A DNA stretch of 63,450 nucleotides, counting the filler, from Hausera hauseri (taxonomy: Eukaryota): assembly GCA_046269625.1 (NCBI GenBank). It is 13 parts of 13 records of this genome, joined end to end, with 100 filler letters (N's around TTAATTAATTAA, not from the genome) between each part and the next. Parts side by side here need not be neighbours in the genome. Positions count along the whole stretch, not along the records: positions 8,845 to 13,124 come from JBJURY010660663.1; positions 13,225 to 17,194 come from JBJURY010849746.1; positions 17,295 to 23,398 come from JBJURY010140427.1; positions 23,499 to 27,791 come from JBJURY010652552.1; 9 more parts are not named here. One strand, written 5' to 3'. The first letter of the stretch is position 1. Every line of letters begins with the position of its first letter. A program made the translations under genes and the position numbers. Positions 12,270 through 24,899 of the stretch are shown here, piece by piece. The notes under the pieces were generated by a model. The model was given only the letters and a program-made list of their open reading frames with translations. It had not been told where the DNA came from and made no database searches.

Positions 12270-13124
12270 CAATATCGACACATTATAATTCAGCAAAATA
12301 CTGTCTCTATCACATTGGAAATAATTCAAGTAAAAAGAAATAGGAACACGGTGACCCAGCAGAATGAAACATTTTCAATTCAGTTTCCAATAAAACATTT
12401 ACAAATATTTCATTGGGTTTTTATGTCTTTGTTCGAATTCGGTGTTCGTTCGAGTTTTAGACAAATGGAATAGACCTCTTTTGGACCGATTGTTATCGGT
12501 TTAATAATATTATAATCATAAAGCCGCCTACTCAATCGTAATGACCTACTGACCGATGTTATCTCATTAATGTCGAATTCCGTTACCGAAGTATCCGATG
12601 TATGGTGTTGATTTTCAATTTTCAAATTCATTACGTAATTCAGATTATGTAATTCGGTTTGACAATTTGCCCATGTAATGATATGGACGACTGGAAATCA
12701 ATTTTTGATTGATGACGTAATAATCTGTACCTAAGATTCGGAAGTTCCACGACAAATTCGTAATAGAACAGAAATTTCATGTCTTGGTGTCATAGGATTA
12801 GTTATGAAATCGTATTCACATTGGAGTAGTCTGTGTCTCTCCAGGTTTCATACAGTCGTCTTTACGGAAAACTAACTTACGACAGAAACTCGAACAGACT
12901 TTCTTTATGTCGCTATTGAAAATCTCCTTAAAACATTCGGTATTGTCATGTCTAAATTGATAGATTTGATCGGTGGTTGATGGGGAGAAATCGTCAAAAC
13001 CGAATGTGATGCGATCGTGCGGATTCACCGATAGATAAACATTGGTCATCGATTCTTTGCCGATATTCGATACGATGAGATTAATTTGGCAGACTTCGTT
13101 GATAATAGCGGATTTTGGAAATTC
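12270..13124 (-). pseudogene. TRAPPC8: TRAPPC8 (Trs85) central-region pseudogene fragment
   Basis: FPKSAIINEVCQINLIVSNIG...RITFG; PGETQTTPM*IR; YRLLRH; LKIENQHHTSDTSVTEFDINEITSVSRSLRL. These follow the recalled TRAPPC8 order (FP..LLCGE..., PG.SVQLPMWLR, HRILRH, VDVEN...EFHIVQVSSSSKHWKL), with in-frame stops. Confidence 0.65.
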
Positions 13125-15191
13125 NNNNNNNNNNNNNNNNNNNNNNNNNNNNNNNNNNNNNNNNNNNNTTAATTAATTAANNNNNNNNNNNNNNNNNNNN
13201 NNNNNNNNNNNNNNNNNNNNNNNNGAAGGGCGGAAGCAATAAACAACAACAATGTATTTCAAATTGTAATTTTCCTAATCGTTGTTGTAACACTTTGTTA
13301 CAGCAATGTGCAGGACATTACGCAGAAATAGACAGTATTAGACTACTCTTAACACAAACATAAGCATCATCTTTCGGTTTCAACAGGACGAAAGCTGACA
13401 AAGCCTTCGCTATATGTTTGTTTCACATTCTACACACATTCAACAGAATATGCAACGGAATGTACCTTACAGATCATGTGGCATTGGCAGAATGCATTTG
13501 GGGGCCTTCTGGATTATATCTGACTTTTCACCATCTCCTGAAGTGATGTCATACCACAGTATGCTAGGGGTGGTAATTTGTGAACGCTGTAATATGTTCT
13601 CTGTGTGTTCTGCTTTCTTGCTGAAGGTGACCTGTAGAGAAAGTAACTGGTTGGGCTAATGTGCAAGAGATTAAGTATAGACAACGTGAAATCTGCTTCG
13701 GATAAACAAAGGTAGACGGGGAATATTATAAATAGTTGTGAACATTTCATGCGTAGACTATTTTATTATTCATTTACAGTAATATTTTTCTCCTTGTAAA
13801 ACTAACTGAATTTTCTCACGATTTTTATCAAGAATTCTGACTCCTCGCCCTCCCCAAAAATGCATGGAATAGCAGTTGTAAGCATGTCAAGAAAAGTGGA
13901 ATCGTATTCGCCATCATGATAAAACTTTCTTCGATTTGTACTACGACATAGAACGATACCAACTCGATATTTACTAACCTTAAGAAGGTCGAGTTTTCCG
14001 AAAATTTGATTAATAAAATCTTCAACTTTTCAACCATACGTTTTGATACATTAGTTCCCATAGTGTGAGGGGGTAAAGATAAACAAATGCAGTTAGGTCT
14101 GAGAATATTCAGAACATCAAACTATTCGACTTCAAATTTAATGAAAATTTATTAAATATTAATAAAATATTAAAACCAATAACAAATTACCTCGTAAATA
14201 TAACCATTGTCACTTCCAATAAGTAAAATAGTATATTTCTGATTGACGGAGAATACGGACAGAACGTTCACTCGGAAACCATTTTAAACGAATACTTCAA
14301 TCCCATGTCCTACGAAGCTACCAAAAGCTCAAAGTAAACTGGAAAAAAGAGCTACATGCAAAGCCTACGAAAAGAATTGACAAGAGTACTGTTCAAGCGT
14401 CCACCTTAGTTGTGTTTGAATTCCTGCTTTATTTTGTTGTCACTAAGATGGCTTAGCTGTTGGAACTTCTTGCCAATTTACAAAACAACAGCAATGAACA
14501 GTAACAAAATATAGAAAATTAATTTCAAATTTTGCCCTGCACATGGGATTCGTCGTCTAACTGGAAGTTCTTTGATCACTTTTATGTCATCAACTAGCAA
14601 GGATATTAGAGTACTTTTCACTTTCAGGAATATATCGGTAGAGGTAAATTAAGCGCTACAGATGATAAGCATCCATGTAATACTTTATCGAGTACCAAAT
14701 GAAACATATATCAGTAATAGGTAAGCAATATAAGTTCTTTGGTAATCGACGTGGTTGATACATACAAGCAAATGATTCTATCTGTTGCCGTGAGCCAACG
14801 CAAATATATAAAAACGACCCGGGTACTTTTTAAAAGTCCTTCTGACACCTCTCCAATCTACCCTCCATTATACATACAAATCGAATATTTAAAATTCCTG
14901 GGTTAACAGTTTGACAAAGCTCACGACTAAGCTCACGTCCATGACGATAGAATCAAATAATATAATTACAATTTATACAGGGAAGTACAGAAAAATTCAG
15001 ATTTTACAAAATTATTGTCATTTTGCCAACCAATATTATCTGACTCGTAGTGTTCTCTTGATGTTCAGTCGAACTAATTAGTACCCGTTTTATAATTTCT
15101 CTGTCCAATTTAGATTTCATTCTTTATTATTTTCATAAATTCATTGTTTCATTTATATAAAATAAATAATAATAACGAACAACATTTAAAA

Positions 15192-15832
15192 TCAAAATCC
15201 TTTATTCAAATGAAATGAAACGCTAATTAAAGGAATTCCATCTTTTATGTCATTTATTTCCATAACTGGAGTTGACTTTCCATTTGAATTGGTTTTGTAG
15301 CCCATTATTTTAATTTGAATTCTGGCTCTGAATTCATCTGGAGGCGTTTTCATCCGTTGCCCATTGAATTGAATATGCTCCATTTATTAAACTTCTTGAT
15401 GGAAAAGCTTTCCAGATCGATTGATAGGCCGTTCTGAAGCACTGCGTTGAATGCTTTATCCAATTCTGACACATCCTCATCGCAAATGTCCTTGATGAGC
15501 AGGCCGAAATTGCACGTTTTCAACGTTACTTTTCTTTCCAGTCTGACCATGATCGGCTTTCGTAGAAAATTGATTGTATAGCCCAAATAGGTAATTGACG
15601 GCTTGAGTGTTTGTGGTTCATACCAGACAGGTGTCGGTGGTGTTTTGACTGTCTTCTCAATCTTGATGGGTACCATTTCGGTATCGAATGGACAATCAAC
15701 TGTAGTAGATGCTAGTTCGGCATCCCATTGTGCTGTTGTTTCGGCATAGCGAGATTCAGGTGACTCCCATTCCTTCTTCTTCGTCGTCGTCATCGTAGTC
15801 GTTGTTGCTGTCGGGTTGATAGTTGTTTCCAT
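15192..15832 (-). CDS. Intronless ORF of unknown function split by one frameshift; divergent from the penton genes and probably part of the Polinton-like element
   Basis: ORFs 15350-15832 and 15192-15383 overlap and read as one protein; Thr-rich N-terminus, C-terminal FRARIQIKIMGY..PVMEINDI. Confidence 0.5.
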
Positions 15833-16273
15833 TTCTTTTTTGGTTCTGGTTGATAATGATTGTTAATAATTTAACTGAATATTCAATCTACTTATATACC
15901 TATTTAACTCTATTTGACACGTTGAATGTCCACCGTTTATTCGGTTATAAACCGCAACGTAAAATATTAAAATTTTGTGAAAATAATTTCCTACAAATTT
16001 ACCACTTCGATGGCAACACTTTTTACAGTGTATAATTAAAATCTTCAATTTGGCGGAACTGAAAATCACACGTTTCATACTTCTTCATTATTTGTTCAAT
16101 TGCATCACTGATTACAATTGTGTGATTTATTTGAATTGTTCATCAACAACACCTTTATATTTCCACTCATGCGTGTCAAGTATTTGTTGGCAGAAAAGAA
16201 AAACATTTTATCGAAAAAATGATAACAAATTATGTTTGTTTCTTGCGAGCCGATAATTCGGTATTCATGATTA

Positions 16274-16592
16274 GGTGTTTCCACTAAAATTGATTAGTGC
16301 ATTTAATCAATTCTACATCTATTTGAGTACGGTTCAGCCAATAATGGTCGGATCCGATCGAGTTCCTTTTTTATGATGTGTTTGGGTAAATGGTTCACAA
16401 TTCAAATATGGTTATCAAGTATATATTGCACCGATAAATCCAATGTATTTGCCTGTTTCATCAACAAACAAGCAAAATTAAAGTTCATATTCGTGATGAT
16501 AGTGGAAAACCAATAGTCTAGTTTTGGAGCAGACTATATTGACTCTACATTTTAAGCAAATACAGAATACAAACAGTCCAGGTAATATGTAA
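16274..16592 (+). pseudogene. Polinton/Maverick minor capsid (penton) C-terminal fragment
   Basis: NQFYIYLSTVQPIMVGSDRVPF...NPMYLPVS...VHIRDDSGKPI...LHFKQ is the typical penton C-terminus (YIY.DIV.P..VGD..PLL...NP.Y.PV...I.IRDD.G....LHF); frameshifted. Confidence 0.8.
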
Positions 16593-17194
16593 TGTCAATC
16601 AAGCATTCATTTTATATGGTGTTACCAAGCAATAGTTTTCCAGATACTCAACCGAATAATAATGCTAGATAATATATCGTAGACTATGTGAATAGTATTG
16701 ATCTTCGTGGAGAATGGCAAGTAGCAATGACAGATGTATTACTGTATTATAGTCCTGCAACCATTCGAAAAGGTTCATACATCCGCTATTTAAAACCGAT
16801 TAATGGAGATCAAGTTGAAAAAGTTGTCATTTCACGTTATAGAGGGGAGTTGATTGTGGAAAATAAAAATGACAACGTTAAACCATGGATAGCGTTTGAA
16901 GTAGGTATTGACAGACAACTGAGTATGAAATCAAAATTTGAATTTGACATTACATTCTTATACAAGTCTAATGCTAATGATTGGGCTTTCGAAGAGATAA
17001 ATACAAAATCGGTGAAAGTAGGTGATTATTATGAAATAAAATCAGGTCCATTAAATATCGTTTGGGATCATTATAGATCAAGAGTTACATTAACAATCAA
17101 AGTTGTAAATGACTATAGATGGTACGACTACAAATTTACTGAAGATGTAATACTGCCTAGTTGTAATGAAATTGCAAATTATCTTCAATCCAAA
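16592..17194 (+). pseudogene. Second Polinton/Maverick minor capsid (penton) gene, N-terminal part, runs off the contig
   Basis: MSIKHSFYMVLPSNSFPDTQPNNNAR*YIVDYVNSIDLRGEWQVAMTDV matches the penton N-terminus (FY..LPSNS....P.N....Y......I.L.GEW.V); one in-frame stop. Confidence 0.8.
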
Positions 17195-18594
17195 NNNNNN
17201 NNNNNNNNNNNNNNNNNNNNNNNNNNNNNNNNNNNNNNTTAATTAATTAANNNNNNNNNNNNNNNNNNNNNNNNNNNNNNNNNNNNNNNNNNNNGAAAGG
17301 AGAAGAAAAGAGGAAGAAAGAAGAGTAACCTCAGTACACCCTCATTTGAAGGTCAAACTACACCAATATTTAATGAAGCTATATTAGAAAAAGTAATAAA
17401 GAATCCAGGTGTATATCTAGACGAAGATGGTATTATTCAAGCAGTAATGACTGTCATTCCAAATAATATAATTAATATAGACAAAATGACTGCTGCGATG
17501 TTGAAGGTAATTACTAATAAAATAACAGCGGAAAGGATAAATGAAATTTTGGCACAATTGGTATTATTAGCACAAGATACTAGTCCTTAGAGAAATAGCA
17601 AGGACAGTGTTAACCAAAACTGCTGAAGATGAGATAGAAAGAAATGAAACTATCAGAATAACGGTGAAAGAAGGAAACCAAGATATGAGGGTCATCAGGA
17701 TGAACGAAACAGATTACATACAAACTCTACGAGAAAAGATAGAAGAGTTGGAACCATTTTAGCAAGGGAGTCCTAATGGATAAAATTATTATAGAAGGAA
17801 ACTATATAGCTATGATAAACTATTGAAAATTGGATGCAGAAATGAGAACTACAATCCGAAAGCGATAACAGAAAAACATCCAGAGGAGAAAATACAGGCA
17901 ACAGTGGATAATATACTAAGAGAAATGGAACCGCAAGTAGGACCTCCCCCAGGCGATACACGCAAGACGTTACAGTCCAAACAGAAGTTAAGAGAAGAGG
18001 TAGACCAAAAGGAACGATGATACGTGACATTCGCAACAGAAAAGACCAAAACGAAAAAATAGTAAAACGTTTATTATTAGAAGGAATAAACGTTACTCCC
18101 AAATCGGTGGATATAGACCCATTATTAAAAACTCTACTAGCTAAGCTACATACGTCATTTGCCTCATTTGATATGCAGGTAATAATCCCAGACAAATTAT
18201 TCACAACATTACGTAATGGTATGCTACGAATAAGTAGAATCTAGACGAAGAACGGATAAATGAAATACATGAATTGGATATTTTAGAAAAGATGATGGCA
18301 ACCGGAATCACGCGAGAGAAAGCTCAAACGGCTATATCCTATCTTCTATACAAAATAATAGTAATTAATTACCAAACTCAAAATCTAGAAATTGAGAGTA
18401 ATATGAAGACAGCCGTAAAGATTTTGAAAGATACGTTAGGAAATTGGGTTGAATGAAGAGGTGGATGGCTGACCAGCCTAATGACCTATATATTGAGGTC
18501 AGGTGAACGAGAAAGAATAATAACTACGCCAACTGCGACGCAACCAAAAACCTCCAGACAAGGTATAACAGGCATGTCAATAATGGAGATTCAA

Positions 18595-20409
18595 TAACGT
18601 CATTATTAATGCCAAAGGCCGTGGGAGTAGTGGCTTACGATTACTCTAAGCCTAGCGAAGGACAAAAATATTCTCTAGTTGATTTAGAGAAGTGTCCAGA
18701 AGCCGACCCGCAACAGCTAACAACGACAAGTGGTCCTACATACTGTATATATCAAGAATCTGAATTTATAAAAGCGAAAATTAGAGAATGTTACGTAAAG
18801 AGATAATTCTTCCTTTTTAATTGTGCCTATTACTCTGGAAATTCGGCCATAATCGAACCCACAACACTTTTCGAACCGATAATAATATCACGAGCAAAAT
18901 GCCAGGATGCTTTTAAAATTGGCATAATAACTATTCAAAACGCGCATATATCGGCAGTTCGAAACAGAATAAAATACACCAGGATTTTCAGGGCAGGAAG
19001 AATAGATAAAACGATGCAAGGCACCTGCAAAAAAGTAGATTATGACGTTGGAGGTACCATCGCACCTAGAACGGTAGCCATAGAAGATTATCAAATCCAA
19101 ATGAAAGAATATGAAGGATTATTTGACTAACAAACGAATTTGATGACGACTATGGGTGAGTGTGAATATGATAATGGTGAATGCGATACTGGAGAGTCGA
19201 AAATGACATGGGGAACCTCTGCAAGTAAATGTCAGTTGACGCTATTAAAATAAGGAAAATGTAATAAAACAGTAGGAAAAACGGCGAAGAGACAGCGACA
19301 TATAAAGAAGGAATAAAGGAAGTCAAGATGACGGAAGTGGCTACAATTGTATACTCAGAAAATCCAGAAGAAATGATGCGATTCAAAATCACTGGAATAA
19401 TAAGTGTAGCGAAGAAATATCGAGAACAAACTATACGGGTATTTTCTTATCATAAAAAGAAATACCTGGAGCAAAAACGAAGATAGATAAGAAAGATATA
19501 AAGCTAACGCAATATTTCGATAATAAAATTGATTTTTTAATCAACTATGTACAAAAAGAGATTAGAGGTTTATACCGAGAAATAATAATAAACGAATGAA
19601 AATTAAACTACGAAATAATACGAAATAAAATGGCCCTGATAATAACAAACCCCGACATGGTAGTGCCAGTTATGCCCTTTGGCGACGGAATTATTGGAAA
19701 AGTAATGGGTGAGGTATTGATAACAATAGAATGCAAGAAGGTAGAAGTATCAATCAGGCCAATGGACGAATGTACAATAGAGTTACCCGTAGTCTATCAT
19801 GCAGAAGCGAGATATGTGATGCCAGTAACCAGAATACTATTAGATATTAATGTGAAGCCTAGTCCACTATACAATTGCACCTTCAATAGGTCGCCAATGT
19901 TTAAGATCGATAACGGCAAATGGATTAGAACACCAAAAAGAGAACCAGTGTCCAAACCGGAGATATTAAACTTGATTAATTTGCAGATGAATCAGAAATT
20001 TGAACCGTTAACAGGAATATCACAGGGAGGAATTTACAGACAACAAAATCTAGAATATTACCGACGAATGTTGTTGTTTCCCCAACAGAGACAAAGGGTT
20101 ATAAAAGAATTAACCAGGAGAGTAATGTAGGACGGAAAAGGATCACCATAAAGGGAAAATCTAATGGGCAAGGATTATTTAAAGAAAGTAACAAGAAACG
20201 TTATGAAGATGTGGAGAAAATTTTTATATTTTGGTAAAGCAGCATCCGGTTTTCTAGCCATATATTTTATTATTAGCGCAATACGGACAGTATTTACGGC
20301 ACTAGGTAAGGCATATGTAATACATGCAGCAATAGGATGCTCATGGAAAATTCTAATAGCCGTAATACCGGCAGTAGCGAGTTGTTTTCTAGCAAACGAG
20401 GCACGATAA
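18595..20409 (+). pseudogene. Class III (chuvirus/herpes gB-like) envelope glycoprotein
   Basis: ITSLLMPKAVG|VVAYDYSKP..QKYSLVDLEKC; GIIGKVMGEVLITIECKKVEVSIRPMDECTIELPVVY...PVTRIL; GGIY...LLFPQQRQ; hydrophobic ASGFLAIYFIISAI and WKILIAVIPAVASCFL. Confidence 0.85.
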
Positions 20410-20642
20410 AAAAGAAGATATTTCAAAGGAAAAACAGAAAAAATTCCCCGTATAGTATACCTGATAATAACGATATCGAACATGATCAAGTAAAAGTAAA
20501 GGCAAAGCACAATCGAATAACTAGTATTAAACAACTAGCACTGAAGTCACGAAAACAGAAGTACAGACAAAAGTTTGTAACGGAGTTACCACATCTAAAT
20601 CCCGCAGATGAATATCATTGACAATTATATAAGGAACAACCG

Positions 20643-23398
20643 TTGGTGAACCCCTCAGCTTCTCGATACGTAATGTATACAGGATTGTACCCTATACATC
20701 AAGTACAACAGATGAAACAAAGTGTTGACTTGACACCCTATAAATACGAACCTACATGTAAAACTGATAATAAAGGCAAACGGCATCTACTTATAAGACC
20801 AGAAATAGAAATAGAGGTGAATGGATATCCAATGATGGCCCTGTTAGACACTGCATCTACAACAACGATAATGGGAAGGAACCAATTACCAAAGGAGTTA
20901 AAAAGAAAATTACGAATACCGACAACTACATTAATAAATGTAGGAGCATTCGGCACAGAAGAGGAAATTAAGATGGTCTTAGATGCCTGAATTAAGATCG
21001 GCAAACAAATTTTGAAACATACTATAAGGATAGCAGATAACTTGACTAATGAAATTTTAATCTGGTGTGATATATTAAACCAATTGGAAGATGTCTACAT
21101 AGATGAGAACATGCCAACTTAAGATGTTCGATAAAGACCGAACTGAGGGAATGGTTTCACTAAAAATGGACATCACGATCCCACCGCGATCCGAGATAGT
21201 GGTACCCGGAAAGATAGAAAGTCAAGCATTACCGGAAGATATTCACTTTGAACCATTCCCACAAGTTATGGAAAAATATGAAGCCCTAATCGCCCCTCAT
21301 GTAGATAAAGTAATGGATGAAAAAGTCCATTTACGAATTTGTAATACGACAAACAAAGAAAAGCAATTACAAAAGAATACTAGACTGGGAAAAGTAATGA
21401 CCATCGAAGAAATAATAATACAAGAAATCTGCTCGACAATTTCAGACGTAGATAAAATAGAAAAAATAATGACAGAAAAACTGAAGAGGGAACCAGATGG
21501 AGATAAAGCAAGAAATAAAATCACAAGTATTAACTGGAATGAAAAGTTACAGAAATGCGAAATCTTACCTAAGTAAGAGAAGAAGATGCTAATCGAATTA
21601 CTGGAAAAGAATAACAATCGATTTTCTCAAAATGATTATGATCTGGGTACAATGAATATAATACAACATACCATTAAGTTAAAGGATGGACAAGATAAAT
21701 CAATCAAGAAAAGACCTTATCGATTAGCATACGATAGAAAACAGGAAGCACGAAAAATAATAAAACAAATGAGAGAAAACAAGATAATTCGACCAAGTTG
21801 TTCCTCATGGACAACTCCAGTGGTGATGGTAAAAAAGAAAGGTGGAACTGAGATTTTCTATAGACTATAGAGCATTAAACGAAATAGCGAAGACAGATAC
21901 GTATCCATTACCAAGAATTGACGAAATACTAGATAAAGCACATGGATCAACAATATTCTCAACGATTGATTTACAAAAGGACTACTGGCAAGTGGAGGCC
22001 AAAGAGGAAGATAAACCAAAGACGGCGTTTTCAATCGTAGAAGGGCTATGAGAGTTTAATAGAATGCCATTTGGATTAAAGAACGGACCGCTAACATTCT
22101 ACAGAGGGACAGAACTCCTGCTATTATATGCCCCACATGACATGGTGTATATTGATGACTTAATAATAGCATCACCGAATTTTCGACAACATCTAAGGGA
22201 TCTACAAGATCTTTTTGATAGATGCAAAATAATGGGTCTAAAGATAAATCCAAAGAAATGTTCATTTGCTCACGCGGAAGTAGATTTCCTCGGACATAGA
22301 GTAGACAAACATGGTGTAAAACCCCGGAACAGACTTTTAGGAAAAATAAGAGACTTTCCGAAGCCAGGTACAGTTAGGGAGTTATGTCGATTCTTAGGTT
22401 TGGCAAACTATTATCGACGGTTTATAAAGGATTTTAGTAAAATTGCGAGACATCTGTACGAACTATTACAAGAAGACCTAGACAAAATTATCTGGACGAA
22501 TGAATACCAGAAAACTTTTGAATATTTAAAGGATAGACTATTAACGGCCCCATATTGATCTATCCTGATATGACCAAACCATTTATCGTGGCAACAGACG
22601 CAAGTGATTACGGAGTAGGAGCCGTATTATCACAAAAGGGCGAAGACGGAAAGGAACACCCAGTAGCTTATGCTTCACGAAAACTCAATAAACACCAGAA
22701 GAAATATGCGGTGATAGAAAAAGGACTATTAGCAGTAATATTTAGCTATAGAAGTATTTTCACCGTATATCAGCGAAAATAAACCACTTTTAATTTATAC
22801 AGATTACAGGCAGCTTTAATGGCTAAAGCAGCATGAGAATCCGAATAGCAGACTTCTACGATGGGCTCTAAAGTTACAGCCTTTTACGCTTAATTTCCAG
22901 TATAAACCTAGATCACGAAACGCAAATGCGGATTGCCTATCTAGAATACCTAATAATCCAGAAATAGAAAAAGCAGTAGTTGCAGCCGCATTCAGCATTG
23001 ATGGATTCGTAGAAAAAATTAAGGCGAATCAAAATGAAGACGCTGAAATAAGGGCCATTCGGAAATACATAAGGGACAAAACCATACCGGATGATAGAGA
23101 ATTAACCCGCCATTTGGCCCGATTCAGTGAAGCTTACGAAGAAAGAGAGGGATTTTTATATTTTATTCATCAAAACGGACCTGCCTTAGTAATTTCTAAG
23201 AAAAATAGAGCAGATCTATTGACCCAATACTATGACGGACTACTCGGAAGACACAAATCAACCAGTAAGACAATTAATAAACTGAAACGTAAATACTTTT
23301 GGCTGACGATGACAAAAGATGTACAGGAATGGTGCGACAGTTGCAAATTATGTGCTACCCGGAAGAACACGGGATCAAAACACAAAGCACCACTTAAA
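20643..23398 (+). pseudogene. Ty3/Gypsy Pol: aspartic protease, RT, RNase H, integrase N-terminus
   Basis: ALLDTAS; SSWTTPVVMVKKK, IDYRALN, YPLPRIDEILD, MPFGLKNGP, VYIDDLII, FLGLANYYRRFI; TDASDYGVGAVLSQ; integrase H..KYFW..M..DV...CDSC..C. The RT-RH-INT order is Gypsy-type. Confidence 0.95.
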
Positions 23399-23557
23399 NN
23401 NNNNNNNNNNNNNNNNNNNNNNNNNNNNNNNNNNNNNNNNNNTTAATTAATTAANNNNNNNNNNNNNNNNNNNNNNNNNNNNNNNNNNNNNNNNNNNNTT
23501 TTAATTATAACTCCTATTGTAAATAATCAATTCATATTTTTGTGATGAGGAGTTGTA

Positions 23558-24217
23558 TGTTGTGAGACTTATCAAATGTTAGACAATTTATTTCATTTTT
23601 GTGATGAGCAGTGTATAACCTGTATAGATTAGTCCAAAAGCAGAAAGGTAGAGTTATAAATTTATTTCGTTAGTAGAATCATAGATATTTAGAAATTGTG
23701 TAGCAAATATAAAGACTATTTGGACAGTTCTCTTTAGTTCGAGCCATAAAGTTGCTAAGGCACAATTGTTGGTAAAATAGTAAGAGTTCTTGTTATTGTA
23801 TTTGTGCAGTAAGCGACATTTTTACTGAACAAGTGGGATTTGGTTATTCTTTTTTGTTTTAATTGTCATTTATTTATTGTAGCTAACTGTTTTAGTAACA
23901 AGCATATTAATACAAAAGGGCTATAAACGCTTTGCATGGCAGATCATTTGTTTGAAATAAATATGGTGTAGAATACCCAGCGGGTCGCGTGATAAAATCA
24001 TTTGGTTGGATTGATCAAGAGCCCTGTTTTCTTTTTGCTTAGTTGTGGGTTTACTATTGCTGGGTGCGGAGTGGCTTACAGTAGTAAAGAAGGATTAATA
24101 TAAAAAGAAAAGGAGAGAGAGATAAAATTAAATCAATAATTTGTTTTCAGGCAGTGAACTTCCTTGGTTAATAAATAATTAAGGAAACCCCAACAAATTT
24201 GGCGACCACACCAGGAC
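23558..24217 (+). mobile_element. Probable LTR (TGTTG...CAACA, 23558-24195) followed by a primer-binding site TGGCGACCACACCAGGAC
   Basis: 5-bp inverted termini, AATAAA near the 3' end, and a TGG-initiated PBS 4 nt after the CA (tRNA-Arg-like by eye). Confidence 0.55.
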
Positions 24218-24899
24218 GAACATACAAAATTGAAGTTCGTAAGGGTTGACTGATTTAATAATGGCTTTGTATTAAAATTAGCCGGTTTATTTAAGATGTG
24301 TAATTTTAAGTTTTACATGTGACTATTCCTGATAGTGCCAAAAAAATTTTAATTGCAATGTTGGAAAAGATTGTAACACGCTAATGGACATTCTATAATG
24401 TAAAACCTTCACATTTAGAAATATTACTAAGTTGATGTCATAAGGAATTTTTTCAATTTGAGGGAATCACATTTATCAATTAAATAAAGTTACCAATATG
24501 AAGTGATAATACATCATACCAAGTGAATTTAGTATCTGGTATGTATAGCAGGTATAATTATTGTTAGTAGAAACTGAGATCTTGTAGAGTTCCACAATAT
24601 AAAGTTTGCAGGAATAAGAAAACTAAAATGTAACGTTTACCAGTTTAATTTCATGCCATAATATTAGTATCTAAAATAACTAAATCAGTTATGAATTACA
24701 TAAATTTGATATATTCCCTTACATTTTACAGATGTACACTGGCAAATTATGCTTATTACGGATAAATTCAATGATGTATGACAATTAATATATGGTAAGT
24801 TGAGCATACTCCTCAAGTGAATGAGTGGCTTATGGTTCGTGTAAATTGGGAACACATTTCCTTCGAGAAAGTATCTGAAATGTTTGACGCTGAGAATTA

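Larger units (their letters stand above)
17295..23398 (+). mobile_element. Retroelement copy 2 (most complete): unknown helical domain - signal peptide - gB-like glycoprotein - TM - linker - PR - RT - RNase H - integrase Zn finger
   Basis: One strongly A-rich coding strand throughout; domain motifs are given in the two sub-features below. Decayed by stops and frameshifts; both ends are cut by contig boundaries. Confidence 0.9.

Noticed and set aside
13225-15100. Short ORFs and possible transposase scraps
   Set aside because: No motif was strong enough to assign.
20400-20450. Programmed -1 frameshift or readthrough between glycoprotein and protease
   Set aside because: The homologous junction is open in copy 1 (5103-5489) and the stop aligns with a Trp in the other copies; decay explains it better.
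17773-22998. Hydrophobic antisense ORFs over the A-rich retroelement (e.g. 17773-18204, 21297-21617; similarly 49959-50399)
   Set aside because: These are shadow frames caused by strand compositional bias, with no independent support.
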